A stretch of DNA of 52,625 nt, filler included, from Sphacelaria rigidula (lineage: Eukaryota), in the NCBI GenBank assembly GCA_964200075.2. It is 3 parts of 3 records of this genome, joined end to end, with 100 filler letters (N's around TTAATTAATTAA, not from the genome) between each part and the next. Parts side by side here need not be neighbours in the genome. Positions count along the whole stretch, not along the records: positions 1 to 17,478 come from CAXNAA020001072.1; 2 more parts are not named here. One strand, given 5' to 3'. Every line of letters starts with the position of its first letter. Position 1 is the stretch's first letter. Under the pieces are notes generated by a model. That model was not told the DNA's origin and did not search any database. It was given only the letters and a program-made list of their open reading frames with translations. A program made the translations under genes and the position numbers. This document shows positions 1 through 12,483 of this stretch, piece by piece.

Positions 1-1133
1 TCTCGTCGTTGTATCGTCAAAGGTTAACCGGGCTTCGAGTATTGACGAGGGAAGCCGCGGGCAGCGTCTGAATGTGACTAGACTATCACATTCACCTTCA
101 TATCGAAAATGGTGGGAAAAAAGTGGGGTGTTCGGTTTTCGCCCGGAGCGGGGGAGTAGGTGAAGTGTATCCTACCTCGTATTTTTTTTTGCGGGGTTGG
201 CAGCTGCTGCTTCGCAATCAAGAGGTGAGTGCTCGTGTACGTTAAATCATTCCGGGTGAAAAGGTGTGTTGCCCAAAACAGAGGCAACCAGTGATGGTGG
301 GGAAATATTCGAGAGCTGAGAGATCGGATTCCATTGGGAAGTAATAAGAAATAGTAACATCTATCGATAGCCGTAACGAAGGTAGTTATTACTATCAATG
401 GCTATCGATTGCAGGGTTGGGAATCGTGTTTAAAAAGCAGCGCTTATCCCACTCGAAACATTCGACATATTGATATCTCAATTCCTATTAAAATATGTCA
501 AAAAAAGCATATTGTAAAGCAGCGACTATCGACAGGCAAACCGAAGGGCCAATCGATTGGTATAATACCTATCGACCTGTGGTCCCCACCAAGGTATTGA
601 AACGCAATACCCTATTGTTTGGACTAGGGAAAACACGCTGATTTCAGAAATAATCATTGATAGAAATCCTGGGTGACATATTGAAAAACAAATAGGCACT
701 GATTGAACAAACTAAAAGCTATCTAATTTAGGAACAGATATCGATAGAATAATTCACGACCTATCGACGTACACAATAGATATCTATCTCCGATGTCGTG
801 TACTATTGAATGGACCAATAACCTATCAAATAGGATATTATCCAGGGTGTGGTGTGCAACCGAAGTTGTTCAAGATGGAGTCGTTGACCGACCCCTCAGG
901 GGTGTGTTACACGGCACCCTTGTGACGGAAATCATCGCGTCTTACTTGATTTTGAACCGATGTTCTCCAAGCCAAGAATGCCGTACTCAGTTGATCAGTA
1001 GCTACGGCTCGAGCTATCACTGTTTATTCTGGTACAGTATTGAGATACAGAAGTTTATAGTGGTCAGCATCGGAAGTTTTCAGAATTCGTAGTTGTTGTA
1101 GTTCTTGAATTTTTCCCGAGAATTATTCTTCAT

Positions 1134-1630
1134 TACTACTTGAAAGTGCTAGCGCCGGCAGATTTAGGGGAAAGCGTAGGCCGAGCTCAAACTGCAGTCC
1201 CCAAGTTGGTGTTTTTGGGGCGATACAGACTAGACAGACACCCCGTATATCAGGAGGGTGTTGTTGACCGTCTTTGGTCCAATAAAAAAAGTTGTCCGGC
1301 TCTTCCGCAACGAAACGATAAATGTTCATGAAAATGAATACGTTTACAATTCTCCACAATAACATCAAGATTGTGTTCCTCTCCTATACTGCACAGATGT
1401 CAGTCGAGCATTTTTTGCGGATAGCCTCTTTTCGGGGTTTTTTCACATAAAATTTTCCATGAGTACTCGAAAGTGCTAGCGCCGACAGTTTCGGCAAAAT
1501 AAGCAGACCGTGCTCAAATCACAATGCCCAAGTTGGTGTTGCGGGGGCGATACGGAGGAAAGACCCCGTTTATCAGGAAGGTGTTATTGACCGTGAATGG
1601 TCCAAGAAACATAGTTTTCCAGCTTTAGCG
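1134..1630 (+). repeat. Diverged ~170-bp direct repeat (1134-1303 and 1461-1626)
   Basis: Shared GAAAGTGCTAGCGCCG...GCTCAAA...CCCAAGTTGGTGTT...GGGGCGATAC...ACCCCGT.TATCAGGA.GGTGTT.TTGACCGT...TGGTCCAA. Confidence 0.75.
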
Positions 1631-2597
1631 CAGTGAATAGGTGGAATTAAAAAAAAAACTGTCCTTTTTGAGTCTTCACTTATATGATGAAAATCGAGTC
1701 GGTCCACCGAAAATACCGAAAACCTAGAACCTGGGGTTGCACTTTTGCAGAACCCTCGAAGATCGGCCAAGCCGGTAAGTCACTCAATATTGATCGCCGA
1801 TATTTGTCGTTTCAATATTCGTCAAGAGGATAAAAATATCTCCAGATGCCCATTTAGTCACTGTGATGAGTGGTGGCAAGCGAAACGAATTTGGGAATAT
1901 CTTTGAGAAACCAAGAAATTACGGATTCTGCATACTTCTGACGCTGACTAACGTATGCGAGCTTATGCCTCGAAGTCCGTGCTATGCCGCAAGTGTGTAC
2001 CACAGCAAGGATCGTCGCGCCGCTGGTTTATGTTGCCCTTCGTGACCAACAGCCCAAACACGTCTTGGCTAATAACCTGGGTTATTCCATATAAAAATAA
2101 AGCACCGCTCCCTCAAACAAAAGCGTTCCTGCCACAAACGAAGGCCCCGCCGCTCCTTTCCCTTGAAGGGTGTACTCATGATCATGCATGTCATAGTCAT
2201 CAGACCATTGACCTCGCATCCTTACAAAGCCGGGACGGAGCACGCCGGGTTTTCGCCGGACCAGGCTCCCTTGAAGGGGGGAGATTATCGCACCGACCAA
2301 TCAGCATGCTTATTTTTCGCTCCCTTTTTCGCTCCCTTTCATTCTTTTGTCTCGACAAGCAGACGGAGCCTTCGGCCGTGTCTTGCCAACTTGTTTCTCG
2401 ATCCAAAACGTGCGGTGGAAGAGAAATTGCTCGTGTCCATATATTTTGTGAGATGGGCTAGAACAAAAATGCGGTGGACGCATCAGATACGAACAATTTC
2501 TTTCTCTGACGCAGATTTTCGATCGAAGGAAAAATTGCACACGTCGGACGCGTCATTACCCGTCGAAACGAGTGCACTCGTGGATGTTTTCTTGAAA

Positions 2598-2892
2598 CAC
2601 AACGAGCATGACTCGTGTGCTCGAGTCATCATTTTTTTTTACAACGAGCAATGACTCCAGTGCTCGCCCTATTAATTTTTTCCTCAATGAGCAGTGACTC
2701 GAGTGCTCGCCCTATTAGTTTGTTTCCACCACGAGCAATGACTCAAATGCTCGCCCTATTAGTTTGTTTCCACAACGAGCAATGACTCGAGTGCTAGCCC
2801 TATGAATTTTTTCCACAACGAGCAATGACTCGAGTGCTCGCCCTACTATTTTTTTCCACAACGAGCGATGACTCGAGTGCTCGCCCAATGAA
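2598..2892 (+). repeat. Tandem array, 7 units of ~43-44 bp (ACAACGAGCAATGACTCGAGTGCTCGCCCTA plus T-rich linker)
   Basis: Units start near 2598, 2641, 2684, 2728, 2772, 2815 and 2858; each has the dyad CGAGCA...TGCTCG. Confidence 0.9.
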
Positions 2893-3987
2893 CACTTTTG
2901 CATGGGACCGACCCCCCACTAACACAGGATCGACCATGTGTTGGTGAAATGATGAAAAATAAGTCAGGGAGCGACCTGCCCAATCACGGCGAGGCGAAAC
3001 TCATCGACCAGACCCGAACGACCAGCGCGGACTCCGTTGCCGAGTGTGATGTCACTGCAAATATAGTTTCGGGGCCCTATTCCTGGCCCAGATAAGCCTT
3101 CCCAGGTTTCTAAAGCCAGGGTGCTCGGAGCATGGCTTACCGTATCACTTGCATTCAGTATAGCGTTCCCGGGGTTTTTCAGGAGTTTTTTCGGGTCGCC
3201 AGCCTATACTAAACCGTAGTAATTACACTAACACAGGGTGGCGTGGGAAAACCGGGAAGGAGTGTACATGCCACAATGTGGTCATTTTCACGAGGCACCA
3301 AACCCAGGTGGGTCGTGAAAAGACAAAAAGAACTACCGTAATGAACTCTGCTTATCCCTCTGCCGATGACTTGCAGAACACTGTGAACATGTATGCAGTG
3401 GGCGGGGATGAATAAGCTGTGTATAGGCAGCTGATCTCCGTCGCTGAGAACTGCCCAGAACGTGCAAGGGAGTATGCAGCGGCAGCTACTGCTGCAGTCG
3501 GAGAGGCGTACTGCACTTACTGTACTGTACGGTACTATATATATGTGCGCCGCAACGCCAATACCCTTTGAAGAGAATTTGTTGCATGCAACAAAGAAGG
3601 AAATTGGCCCACCCCGACCACACAGGGCTGTGTGGCAAGGTGATGGGGACATTATTATCATCCAAGGCCACAAGTGGCGGGCGGCCCGCCGGTCGCCGCA
3701 TCCTGTTCAAAGCTCTCTACCGCTTGCTACATCAGATGTACATAACCTAATGCGCACCCTGCACCTGAAAAGAGATTGGATGGAACTTTCGGTCGCTATA
3801 TCAGATGTACAGAACGTAATGCGCACCCTGCACCTGAAAAGAGATTGGATGAAGCTTTCGGTCTTCTTCATAACCCTGCCGTTACATACGCGGATTTTCA
3901 GCAACATGCCACTATTTCGTGCAGACTTTAGACACGTCATTCCTAACCAGCCTCATTGGTTTTTCTGGGGACCCAGTCCCAAAGGGG
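2893..3987. mobile_element. Nested 1.1-kb insert, possibly piggyBac-like
   Basis: Splits one repeat unit between TGAA (2889-2892) and TTAA (3988-3991). The right end CAAAGGGG|TTAA is piggyBac-like; the left end CACTTTTG is a degenerate match. Contains a 69-bp tandem duplication at ~3730-3865. Confidence 0.45.
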
Positions 3988-3999
3988 TTAATATTTTCA

Positions 4000-4316
4000 A
4001 CAACAAGTAATGACTCGAGTGCTCGCCCTAATATTTTTTTCCAGAACGAGCAATGACTCCAGTGCTCGCCCTATTGATATTTTTTCACAACGAGCAATGA
4101 CTCCAGTGCTCACCCTCTTAATATTTTTTCACAACGAGCAATGACTCGAGTGCTCGCCCCACTATTGTTTTTCCTCAACGAGCAATGACTCGAGTGCTCG
4201 CCCTATTAATTGTTTTCCTCAACGAGCAATGACTCGAGTGCTCGCCCTATTAGTTTGTCTCCACAACGAGCAATGACTCGAGTGCTCGCTCTATGAAGTT
4301 TTACGGCCAACGAGCA
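4000..4316 (+). repeat. Second half of the same ~44-bp tandem array (7 units plus a partial)
   Basis: Units start near 4000, 4043, 4087, 4131, 4175, 4219 and 4263, in the same orientation as the left block. Confidence 0.9.
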
Positions 4317-5879
4317 GCCCAACGAGTGCGAGTGCCACGAGTCGCACTCGTGCTCGTCCGACGTATGAAAAATTGATGCGGCACGATCTCAGTACCACAC
4401 ATCCCTTCCGAGACAAAGGAGGGTTGCACTCATGACCTCACATGCCGCGTAGTCATACGATCATTGTCCTCGCATCCCTACAGAGCCGAACGGGGTAAGC
4501 CGAACTTTCACCAGACCAGCCTCGCAATCAATCACCTAGCGCTAAGCGCCGTGATGTCTTCGACGAGTCGCATGAAGGGTGAGCTGCATCCCGCTGAGGT
4601 TCTTCGACCCAAAATGTACAGATTATCATGTAGTATATGGATGACAGCCTCCCATGAGTTGCTTCTTATCTGGTATCGCCAGTTGAGGAGATAGCCACGG
4701 GTTACACTGTCTCATGGGTGTCTTACCACTTGAACACTTGTTAGCATGATCATCCTCTTGGCGCGGACTTGAGATTCTTCATCCTCCGCACAGTATGATC
4801 TAGCTCGAATCCCAACATGGTTATACCGCACAAAAACGCAATAAACAAGGAAAATACGGTATCCTGGTTGGCTAGCTAACGCCGTGAGTGGGATGTTTTA
4901 CAACATCGTTGCCAACCAATGCCGACCCTTTCAAGGGAACGAGACGGAGGCCGGGGGGGGGGGGGATATCGCAGCGACCAATCAACATGCTTGTTTCGTT
5001 CGTTTCTTTTATTGGATCGTTGAGATCATTTGACCGTTTCGGGACTCACAAGATTCCAAGATCTACTGGCCAACCTGAGGACATTTTACTCAGCTGATCA
5101 ACAGATACGGGTGGAGCCAGATGTGGGTTTTAGACAATCCCAGAACACATTTCGAACACTAGGATCGAGCAAAAAAATTACAAGATCAATCCTCATTGTT
5201 TGGGGGGGAGGGGGGGAGGTATCGCAGGGACTACTCATGTCGACCTGAGTTTTTCTTCGATCCTGATCTGCTTTTGTCCCGATAAGACACGACTTACTTG
5301 CACCAACTTCTATGCGACCTGGAAATGAATCGTACGAAAATGGGACATTTGAATACTTGAAGGCGTTTTCCCCTCCAGATGCGGGTTTAGAAGACCGCTC
5401 TTCCTCGGGAACATTGTCTAGGCTTGATGAGGCGGACCCAGAGCAATTTTCGGTTTCTTCCGCACGTTGTATCTCGATACGGACCCACCTTCCCATTTTG
5501 GTTTCAAGTCTTCGAATTTGATATTCGACAGGAAAATACCGAACATCATGTGTGACTGCTTCTATTCACACTACTCTTATGGAGCCGATCCATATTCAGA
5601 GAAAAGATGACGAGCGGCCAAACACGGCGAAATCATGTCGTGTCGAAGAAAAGGACGGAACATCACGGCATACAGAGTACGATACAAGAAAGACCGTGGA
5701 GCATATTGCTAGTTTGTGTTTCGAGGAGCTGCCCACTCTGTCAATCAAATGACGGAAAGTTTCGGCAAATTTCGCCTCCTGATTCACATAGTGGGCAGCT
5801 TGAGCAACTGCGGTCTAGTAAGATACCCCGTGGTCTTTGATACTGCACTCGATATTCCTAGCTCCGTAGAGACGGCTCT

Positions 5880-7300
5880 ACTCATCAGCGCGGCAGGTCA
5901 ACGTTATCAGCAGACCGCCAGGCTTGTCTAGTTTGGTGGTGCTGTCAGCGCGGACACGGAGGTGAACAACTCCATCGAAATCAACCGCCGCATCAGCACT
6001 GGGTGGGCACGCCTCCAAAAATATAGTTTCCAACTTTACGTTCGGCCCGACCACCAGCTATCTCCAAACATCCGACGGCTTCAAGCAGAGGTGGTGAAAG
6101 CTGTGCTACATGGACGCTGCACTCATAGGACTTCAAGAGTCTGTGCATTGCCCACTACAAGGGTTTGCTGCAAATGGTGGGATTCCGCAGGGAGGAGCGA
6201 ACTGGACGCAAGACTATTTCGTACAAAGATAAGCTCGACATGACAACCTACCTACGAACGTATCGAGACGCATGCGCGAGCGTCAAGTCTGCTTCGCGGG
6301 GGCCCTCATCCGGTAGGACGAAACAGGTATTCCCAAAACGTATCATCCTCGGGCGGTCAGCCGCACAAAAGCCTTAGGAGGCTGGTCGTCCCCACTAAAC
6401 ACTGGGAGGAGGACGTCCAGGAGAACCTGCGCTGACCAGGGACTCTTCCGTGCGAGGGAGCACGGCGAAAATGATTCATCTACGGTGTGGAGGTCGAAGG
6501 CGCGCACGATTGAGTGCCTGCGGCGAAGAACACGGGCAAATGGAATCTTGGGGTGCAAAAAAGGGGCGGCAGACTTCGAGGACACGGGGCGACGTGGGGA
6601 CGGACGAGAATAGGACCTTCGCCACAAACGAGAGGCTGCTGCGTCGGGAGCCGCCGGTCGGAGAGCTGCCACCGCTAGAACAACGACAGCAACAGCTCGC
6701 GAGGAATCCAGGATGGAAGCGGTCGAGAGAATGTCCCGATTTATACCCGACTAGAAATGAATTGAGGAAGCTAGGTTGACACGTAAACTGATGAACCCCT
6801 GTCTTTTTCTACCGGTTGTTGATTTTGGCCTTGGCCCGTGGTGTTGCGGTGTTCCCTACTTGTGCATTTGTACATGCTCTGCTGTCCTGCATCCTTGCTC
6901 TTCATCACTCTCGCAGTACCCTCCTTCTCTGTTCTCTGTTCTCTCCCCGACTCTCTCTCAACCTCTCTCTGTTTTCTCTACCTGGTATATGCAAATTGCA
7001 GACTGGTGCCTCCCTTCTGTGAAGCTCATGATTGAGATACGAATTTGTGTGATTTTGCGGAAGGCCTTTTCCACCACGAAGCCATGTTGCAGAGGCCGGC
7101 CATTTCCAGTGAATTTGTTGTCTTCGTTTGCTTGCTTGTTTGTTCTTGTACCCTTCTATTCTCTCTACTTGTCTTCAGCGAGTGTTTCCGTCGTGATCAT
7201 CTTGGGTACGTCCAGCATATGGATAATGGCCACGATTGGATCCCTGGAGGATCAGTCAATGTGCGACCATCAATCAGAATCAAGCAATAAATCAACGATA
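5880..7300 (+). mobile_element. Degenerate 5'-truncated RTE-like LINE (post-RT C-terminus, 3' UTR, CAAT tail)
   Basis: Decayed (F)VYLGG motif at ~5925, then EINRRISTGWARLQKYSFQLYVRP...RLQAEVVKAVLHG, GFRREERTGRKTISY and PKRIILG, with frameshifts. Followed by a pyrimidine-rich 3' UTR ending in CAATCAGAATCAAGCAAT. Confidence 0.8.
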
Positions 7301-9194
7301 ACCGGTAGCCCTGCTTCTCCACAATGTTGACACCCGTGACACTCAAACAAAGCACGGCGTACTGGTATGCTCAAGGTATCCTCCTTGGGCTATCGCATGT
7401 GTCCATGGTTGATCTGTTGTGGAAGTCAGCAACGCAAACGTGGTGCACTGTTGCCGTACGCGGCGTATGCAGAATATGAGCCGTTCCAACTTGTAGTCCT
7501 TTCATAATTTTGCGTCTGTAGGCGACTTGATTCCAAAAAGGGTCTTCCTTCTGTTTCCGGTTGATCAAAATGGCTCGAGACACAAGATCAAGAGAGCGGG
7601 ATACCCCCGACTGCATGTAGATGAGAGATGTGCATGTGCGATCTGATACGAAATCATCCGTTTTGTGTCCAGAAGATTTACGTCTTCGCTGCGCAGGGCG
7701 CGGAATGAACTCGCCACCTCACTTCACATCGGCCACATGAGATACGCTATGGTTCAACCCGTTCGCCGACGGCACAGGATCAATACCCATCTACAACGAC
7801 AAAATATTTCGGTTTCTTTCCCGCGAAGTTGGCACTCCGAACCCCAAAATTGTTACTTGGCATATTGTATAGCGGCATAGTCGTATCTGTTACAGATCCA
7901 ATAAATGAAATCTCATCCATTCTATTTGGAACGACCACGCGGATGTGCTATTGCGCACACGCACATGGTAGGGGGCTACGGTAGCTTCTGTTGCTCTCCT
8001 ATTCGACCCCACGATTGCCAGCCTCGTTTTGAAACAGCCTCGCCAGCTGACAGTCCCGGGATATCCAGGGTTTTTCAGGGGGGAAGGGGGGGTGGTATTT
8101 TTTGAGGGGGGCATAGAGATCGGCGGGGGCGGGTTCCCCGATCAAGGGACGCACTCCCGGCGTCTACCTACCGTGTACGCCTGCGGGAAAATTCTAGCAA
8201 GAAGATGAAAAACGTAGAATGTCGTTGGAGGCAACAGAGACAGTACGTCTGACCAACCAAACGCAAGCAAACGAGCAGCTATGTTCCATTACATATTGCC
8301 AACTATTGCCCAGTAGCGGCAATGGCTTGCTTCAACATTTTTAGAAGCCAGTGCTGAAAATACGAGAGATACACTATTTCCGTCAGTCTTCTATGCGCAT
8401 GCCTCCTCTATCATCATGGGTAGGGCTGCATCAAGCGCACCATGGCCATGGCCGCGTACGCGCTTGATACCCTGCGACAATCATATCGGTTGCTGATTAT
8501 ATCCTTAGTCGGAGGCTCTGCGGTGCCCACTGGTGTCTGTGTGAATCTACTCTGCTGCCCTGACTCCCTTGTGCCTTTTCCTTTTTTCTTCCTTTTTTCT
8601 TCCTTTTTTTTTCCTCTTTTTATTTTTTCATCGTTTCATTGTAGTTTATTTTATTTGCTCTGTACTTTCCTCTTCTTTTCCTTTTTTCTTGTTTTAGGTC
8701 GGCCATTTCTTTCTGTGCTTTGCTTGTGTTGACTCTTTCATCACCTTTTCTTTCTTACGACTTAGTCTGCTATGTCATTCTGTTCGACCCCCCCCGGATT
8801 TTTTTTGTTCCTTCTTTTTCTCAGAGCGTGTTTCAGTGTCGTTTTTCTTGGGGACATATTTCATGAGACCACGGCTGGACCCCTGGGGGGTCAGGTAAAG
8901 TGCGTCAACCAATCAACCAATCAACCAATCAATCAAATCGTGGTGGAGCAGTACTGCGGGAGGCAGCCCAACGCCGTTACCCACCAACTCTTGTCGGTGT
9001 GCGTGAACCACCCCGGACGTGTCTCAGAGCTCGCGACTAATCTCCTGCAGCCGTGGGTCACTACATACTTGTACTACACCACTACCCCTCCTGTCCGTGA
9101 AGAGGCGTTTCGCCTCGTGAAAAGCGATGGTTCCGAACCACGATACCGGCGTAGATGAAAGTAGACAATCTGAGCTGGGGTGGCGGGCGAAGAG

Positions 9195-9290
9195 TAGAAT
9201 ATAAAATTACTCCTCTGTTGTACTGTACTGTGGGTTGTTTCACAGAATATAAACCACTCCTCTGTTGTACTGTACTGTGGGTTGTTCCAC
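9195..9290 (+). repeat. ~48-bp tandem duplication
   Basis: AGAATATAAA..ACTCCTCTGTTGTACTGTACTGTGGGTTGTT.CAC occurs twice. Confidence 0.8.
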
Positions 9291-9707
9291 AAGAAAAAAA
9301 GAGTGCCGGAGTTCAAGCAGCTCTTGGGTGCTCAACGCTTCTATTTCCCCTCTACGATGGCGGGAAAGACAGAGTTCACAATTTTCGACCAAGAGAACTC
9401 GATCGAACCCCTGATCATCGCCTGCTCAAAGCTGGTTTAGTGTATGCTGCGAAAAATTAAATCAGGGTAATTTAGAGACGTATTCATATTATTCCACAGA
9501 GCAGACCCTCTGTGGTAGCACCGCACTTATGTGCAAAGAGCAGCGAGACGACAGACCCAGTGCACGCGAAGCCCTTAACAAGAACACGGTGGTGATGACC
9601 CCCATGTGCAGAGAAGCTGAATATCAAACAAAAACCCGACCACCATGCAAGTGCAAAACAAAATCGGCAACCCGCAACATCCCCTTGGGTTCGTTGTACA
9701 TACATAC

Positions 9708-9821
9708 CTTACTGTACCGCTTTGCCTGACGAGACAGGAAATGTGGGAAGCTGTTCCCCGCGTGGTGCTTGATCGCCATCCGCGCCGCGTTCATGACAGC
9801 AACCTCCACGTCCGTTGCTGC
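9708..9821 (-). CDS. Isolated candidate internal exon of an unknown gene
   Basis: ACACAG acceptor and AAG|GTATGT donor; 114 nt, phase 0, protein-like AATDVEVAVMNAARMAIKHHAGNSFPHFLSRQAKRYSK. Confidence 0.35.
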
Positions 9822-10527
9822 CTGTGTAGTCGCATGTATTAGAAGCACGGATCAAGAGAACGAGGGCATACGTCCGGTTCGTTATGTACGCTTGTACCAT
9901 ACGCGATCCCGTTACAGTGATCATGAGCAATCATCGGAATTCACAGAGGAACCGAGAAGCTCGTTCATTGGACTGCTTCTGTTTTGCCTTCTTGCCAAGC
10001 AAAAACTGAACAGTGCAGATTTTGGCGGTTGGGTGTCAACGTGTTCCCGGAAAGAGACCCAAGCGGGGTTGAGAAAGATCCAAGGGCAGGTCACGAGTAG
10101 AGGTTGTACCTTTGAATACTCGGGTAAAATACCCGAGTATTTACTCCGCTCAATCTTTGGGTATAGATCACGTACGGTCTCAATACTCTACTCAGACTTT
10201 GAGTTGATTGGGCACGGCCTCAAATACTTTACTCAAAGTTTGGGTAGATTGAGTACGACCTCAAACACCTTAATCAAAGTTTGGGGTAAGCACTCTCAGT
10301 AATTCTGGAGTATAGAGTATTACTTGGTCATGGCTTCAGTACTCTTCTCCTATTTCGGGTGGAGTGAGTATGACCTCACATTATCTACTCAAATTTTGGA
10401 CAGATGATTGAGAACGACCCCAAACACTCTACTCAACTATTGGGTACGAGCTGGACCAGCCTAGAAGCGAATTTATAGTTTGCAGGCCTATTCGCCGGCC
10501 AATATTTAGAGTTGGAGCCTAAAATTT

Positions 10528-10765
10528 GGTATGGAAAATGAATAGGGCATAATGATAAAATCTTACCCGTGCACATGCAAGGTTTTTTTTCATGATTTGA
10601 GGGCATTTTACTGATAAATGAAAACTGATTGTTGCCCTCAACTCATGAACTTAAAAAATGTGTGCACGGGTAATTGAAACTGATTATTGCCCTTGACTCC
10701 TGAAGAAAAAATCTTTGTGTGCACGGGTACTTTTTTGTCATAATGCTCTGTTCATTGTCCATACC
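10528..10765. mobile_element. MITE with ~45-bp imperfect TIRs
   Basis: GGTATGGAAAATGAATAGGGCATAATGATAAAA...TACCCGTGCAC is inverted against GTGCACGGGTA...TCATAATGCTCTGTTCATTGTCCATACC; there is an internal short duplication. Confidence 0.65.
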
Positions 10766-11339
10766 TTGTGTATTGATTTTTCTAGTGGGACGTCGCTAGG
10801 GCATTGAACCAATTAAAAAAGGGTAGGTTGGTATTTATATATATATATATATATATTCATCGGTTTATTAGGGCGTTCTAGAACGGTTACGGCCATTGTT
10901 TTACGAGAACGCCCACACCTTCCCCCCCCCCCGAACAGAAATGAAGGCCCATTTTGTTTTGCATTCAGCGTACCTTTGCGGTTCTCCATAGAGTTTTAAA
11001 TCACAATTCGAAAAAATGAGCCAAAAAGTGGAGATGAGGCCTACGAGCAGTGTTCATTTCTCCTCAAAACTCCCCTGGAAAAACGAAAAGAAAATGAAAA
11101 AAATTGAAAAAAATGAAAAAAAAGCTGTTACATTTTTTTGTTTTCATCATGATGCACTAGAGGTTCTCCATACGAAACTTCATAGCACGACCCTCGAAAA
11201 CTGAGACGCGATATCCAGATTTAGGTCATCTAGTGCCTCTGCTCGTAAGATATTGTTTTTCGTGAAGAACCTTATGTGCGCCATATCTCGAGGTAGATTA
11301 TTACGAATACGAATTAGGATAAGATAATAAGGGTATATA

Positions 11340-12483
11340 TACGGCTGTGAACTGGCTGCTCTGGCCAGTTAAGTTTAAACTGGCCGCGCCAGCGTCCACG
11401 GTGCTCCGTCTCGAAAGGGAGGCGTGGTCAACGGTCAAACGACTAAGGCAAGCAACAAATGAGTACCCCCCCCCCCCCTGCGGCGGTCGTAGCACTTTTT
11501 TTGTTTCACATTAATTAAGAAAAATTCCATAAATAGCCATTTTGGGCGACTTGGGTGAGGTAGCGCCCATGATTGTTGGCCCTATCTGCCACCACAAGTT
11601 GGACGCAAATTGACGGTGCAGATAGTTGCGTCTAGCTTGATTGAGCAAGCTTTGCACAGCATTGTGGCATTTGTCTGGTCTTGTTCTTGTCGTGTAAGTG
11701 TGATGTGCAATGTATTGCCGAAACCCATAAAAAATGTAACTTGGCCTTACTCGGCTCCGAAGGTAAGCGAAAAATTAGAGCTTCATGAACACGAATTTTA
11801 ATTTTTAATATACTCTATATTTTATTTTATTTTTATTTCATTTCGTTTTTTTTTCATTGTGTAAGATTTAGACCCCCCCCACCCCCCCCGAAAGACTCCA
11901 GGATTTAAGAAAGGGGCATCGGGTCTTGACTTGTTTTTTTGGGCACTCTCGGATGACATTCAAATCCCATTCAAAGCGGTGAGCGAATCGAAAACAGTTC
12001 ATCTGTAATATGCAGCAGCCGACTCTCCGTGAGGAGAGGAGGATGCAAACAAGCCAAGGCTGGCAGCACGCGGAGACAAAAGCGCAAAATGATTGACGTC
12101 CGGACCCACAAGCACGCATGCAGTCGAATTGCAAGTCATGGTGTACTCTGTATTTTGTGGTCGCGGATTGCAGATGTATGTCGTGCTATGAAACGACGAA
12201 CCTGGCATATGTTCGCAATATCACTTCGATGTGTAGTGACCACGAGTGCTGTACTGTCTGTACCTGTACTGTTGTCAGGTGCGGACCCCAATCCTGTTGC
12301 CATTTTGTTCGTAATCATGTAAGTATCTTTGTTATAAACGCAATATACTAAAAATGGTATAAACATAGCCGGTGACGGCAAACTTCAAATAAACTGGATA
12401 AACTGGGGTCCTCATCACCAGTTCCAGTTAAACTCCAGTTCCAATTTAACTGCCAATACAAACTGGTCCAGTTCACAGCCCTA
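11340..12483. mobile_element. Non-autonomous hAT-like element
   Basis: TIRs TACGGCTGTGAACTGG and CCAGTTCACAGCCCTA match 15/16; flanks GGTATATA / GATATATA form a 7/8 8-bp TSD; AACTGG/CCAGTT subterminal motifs cluster at both ends. Confidence 0.7.
11400..11478 (-). repeat. Short G-tract-anchored dispersed element, subfamily B
   Basis: Reverse strand reads (G)nTACTCATTTGTTGCTTGCCTTAGTCGTTTGACCGTTGACCACGC...CGAGACGGAGCACC; other copies at 32630-32706, 34905-34980, 35153-35225 and 47588-47664. Confidence 0.8.

Larger units (their letters stand above)
2538..4367. mobile_element. Non-autonomous hAT-like TIR DNA transposon with a tandem palindromic repeat body
   Basis: TIRs CACACGTCGGACG (2538) and CGTCCGACGTATG (ending 4367) match 12/13 and give CA...TG termini. 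A perfect 8-bp TSD AAAAATTG lies at 2530-2537 and 4368-4375. Confidence 0.85.

Noticed and set aside
2598-4316. CRISPR array
   Set aside because: The spacers are only 10-13 nt, T-rich and similar to each other; there are no cas genes; the context is eukaryotic; and the array is bounded by transposon TIRs and a TSD.
6776-8760. Hydrophobic ORFs (6776-7330, 8442-8732) as membrane proteins
   Set aside because: They are translations of T/C-rich LINE 3' UTR-like sequence.
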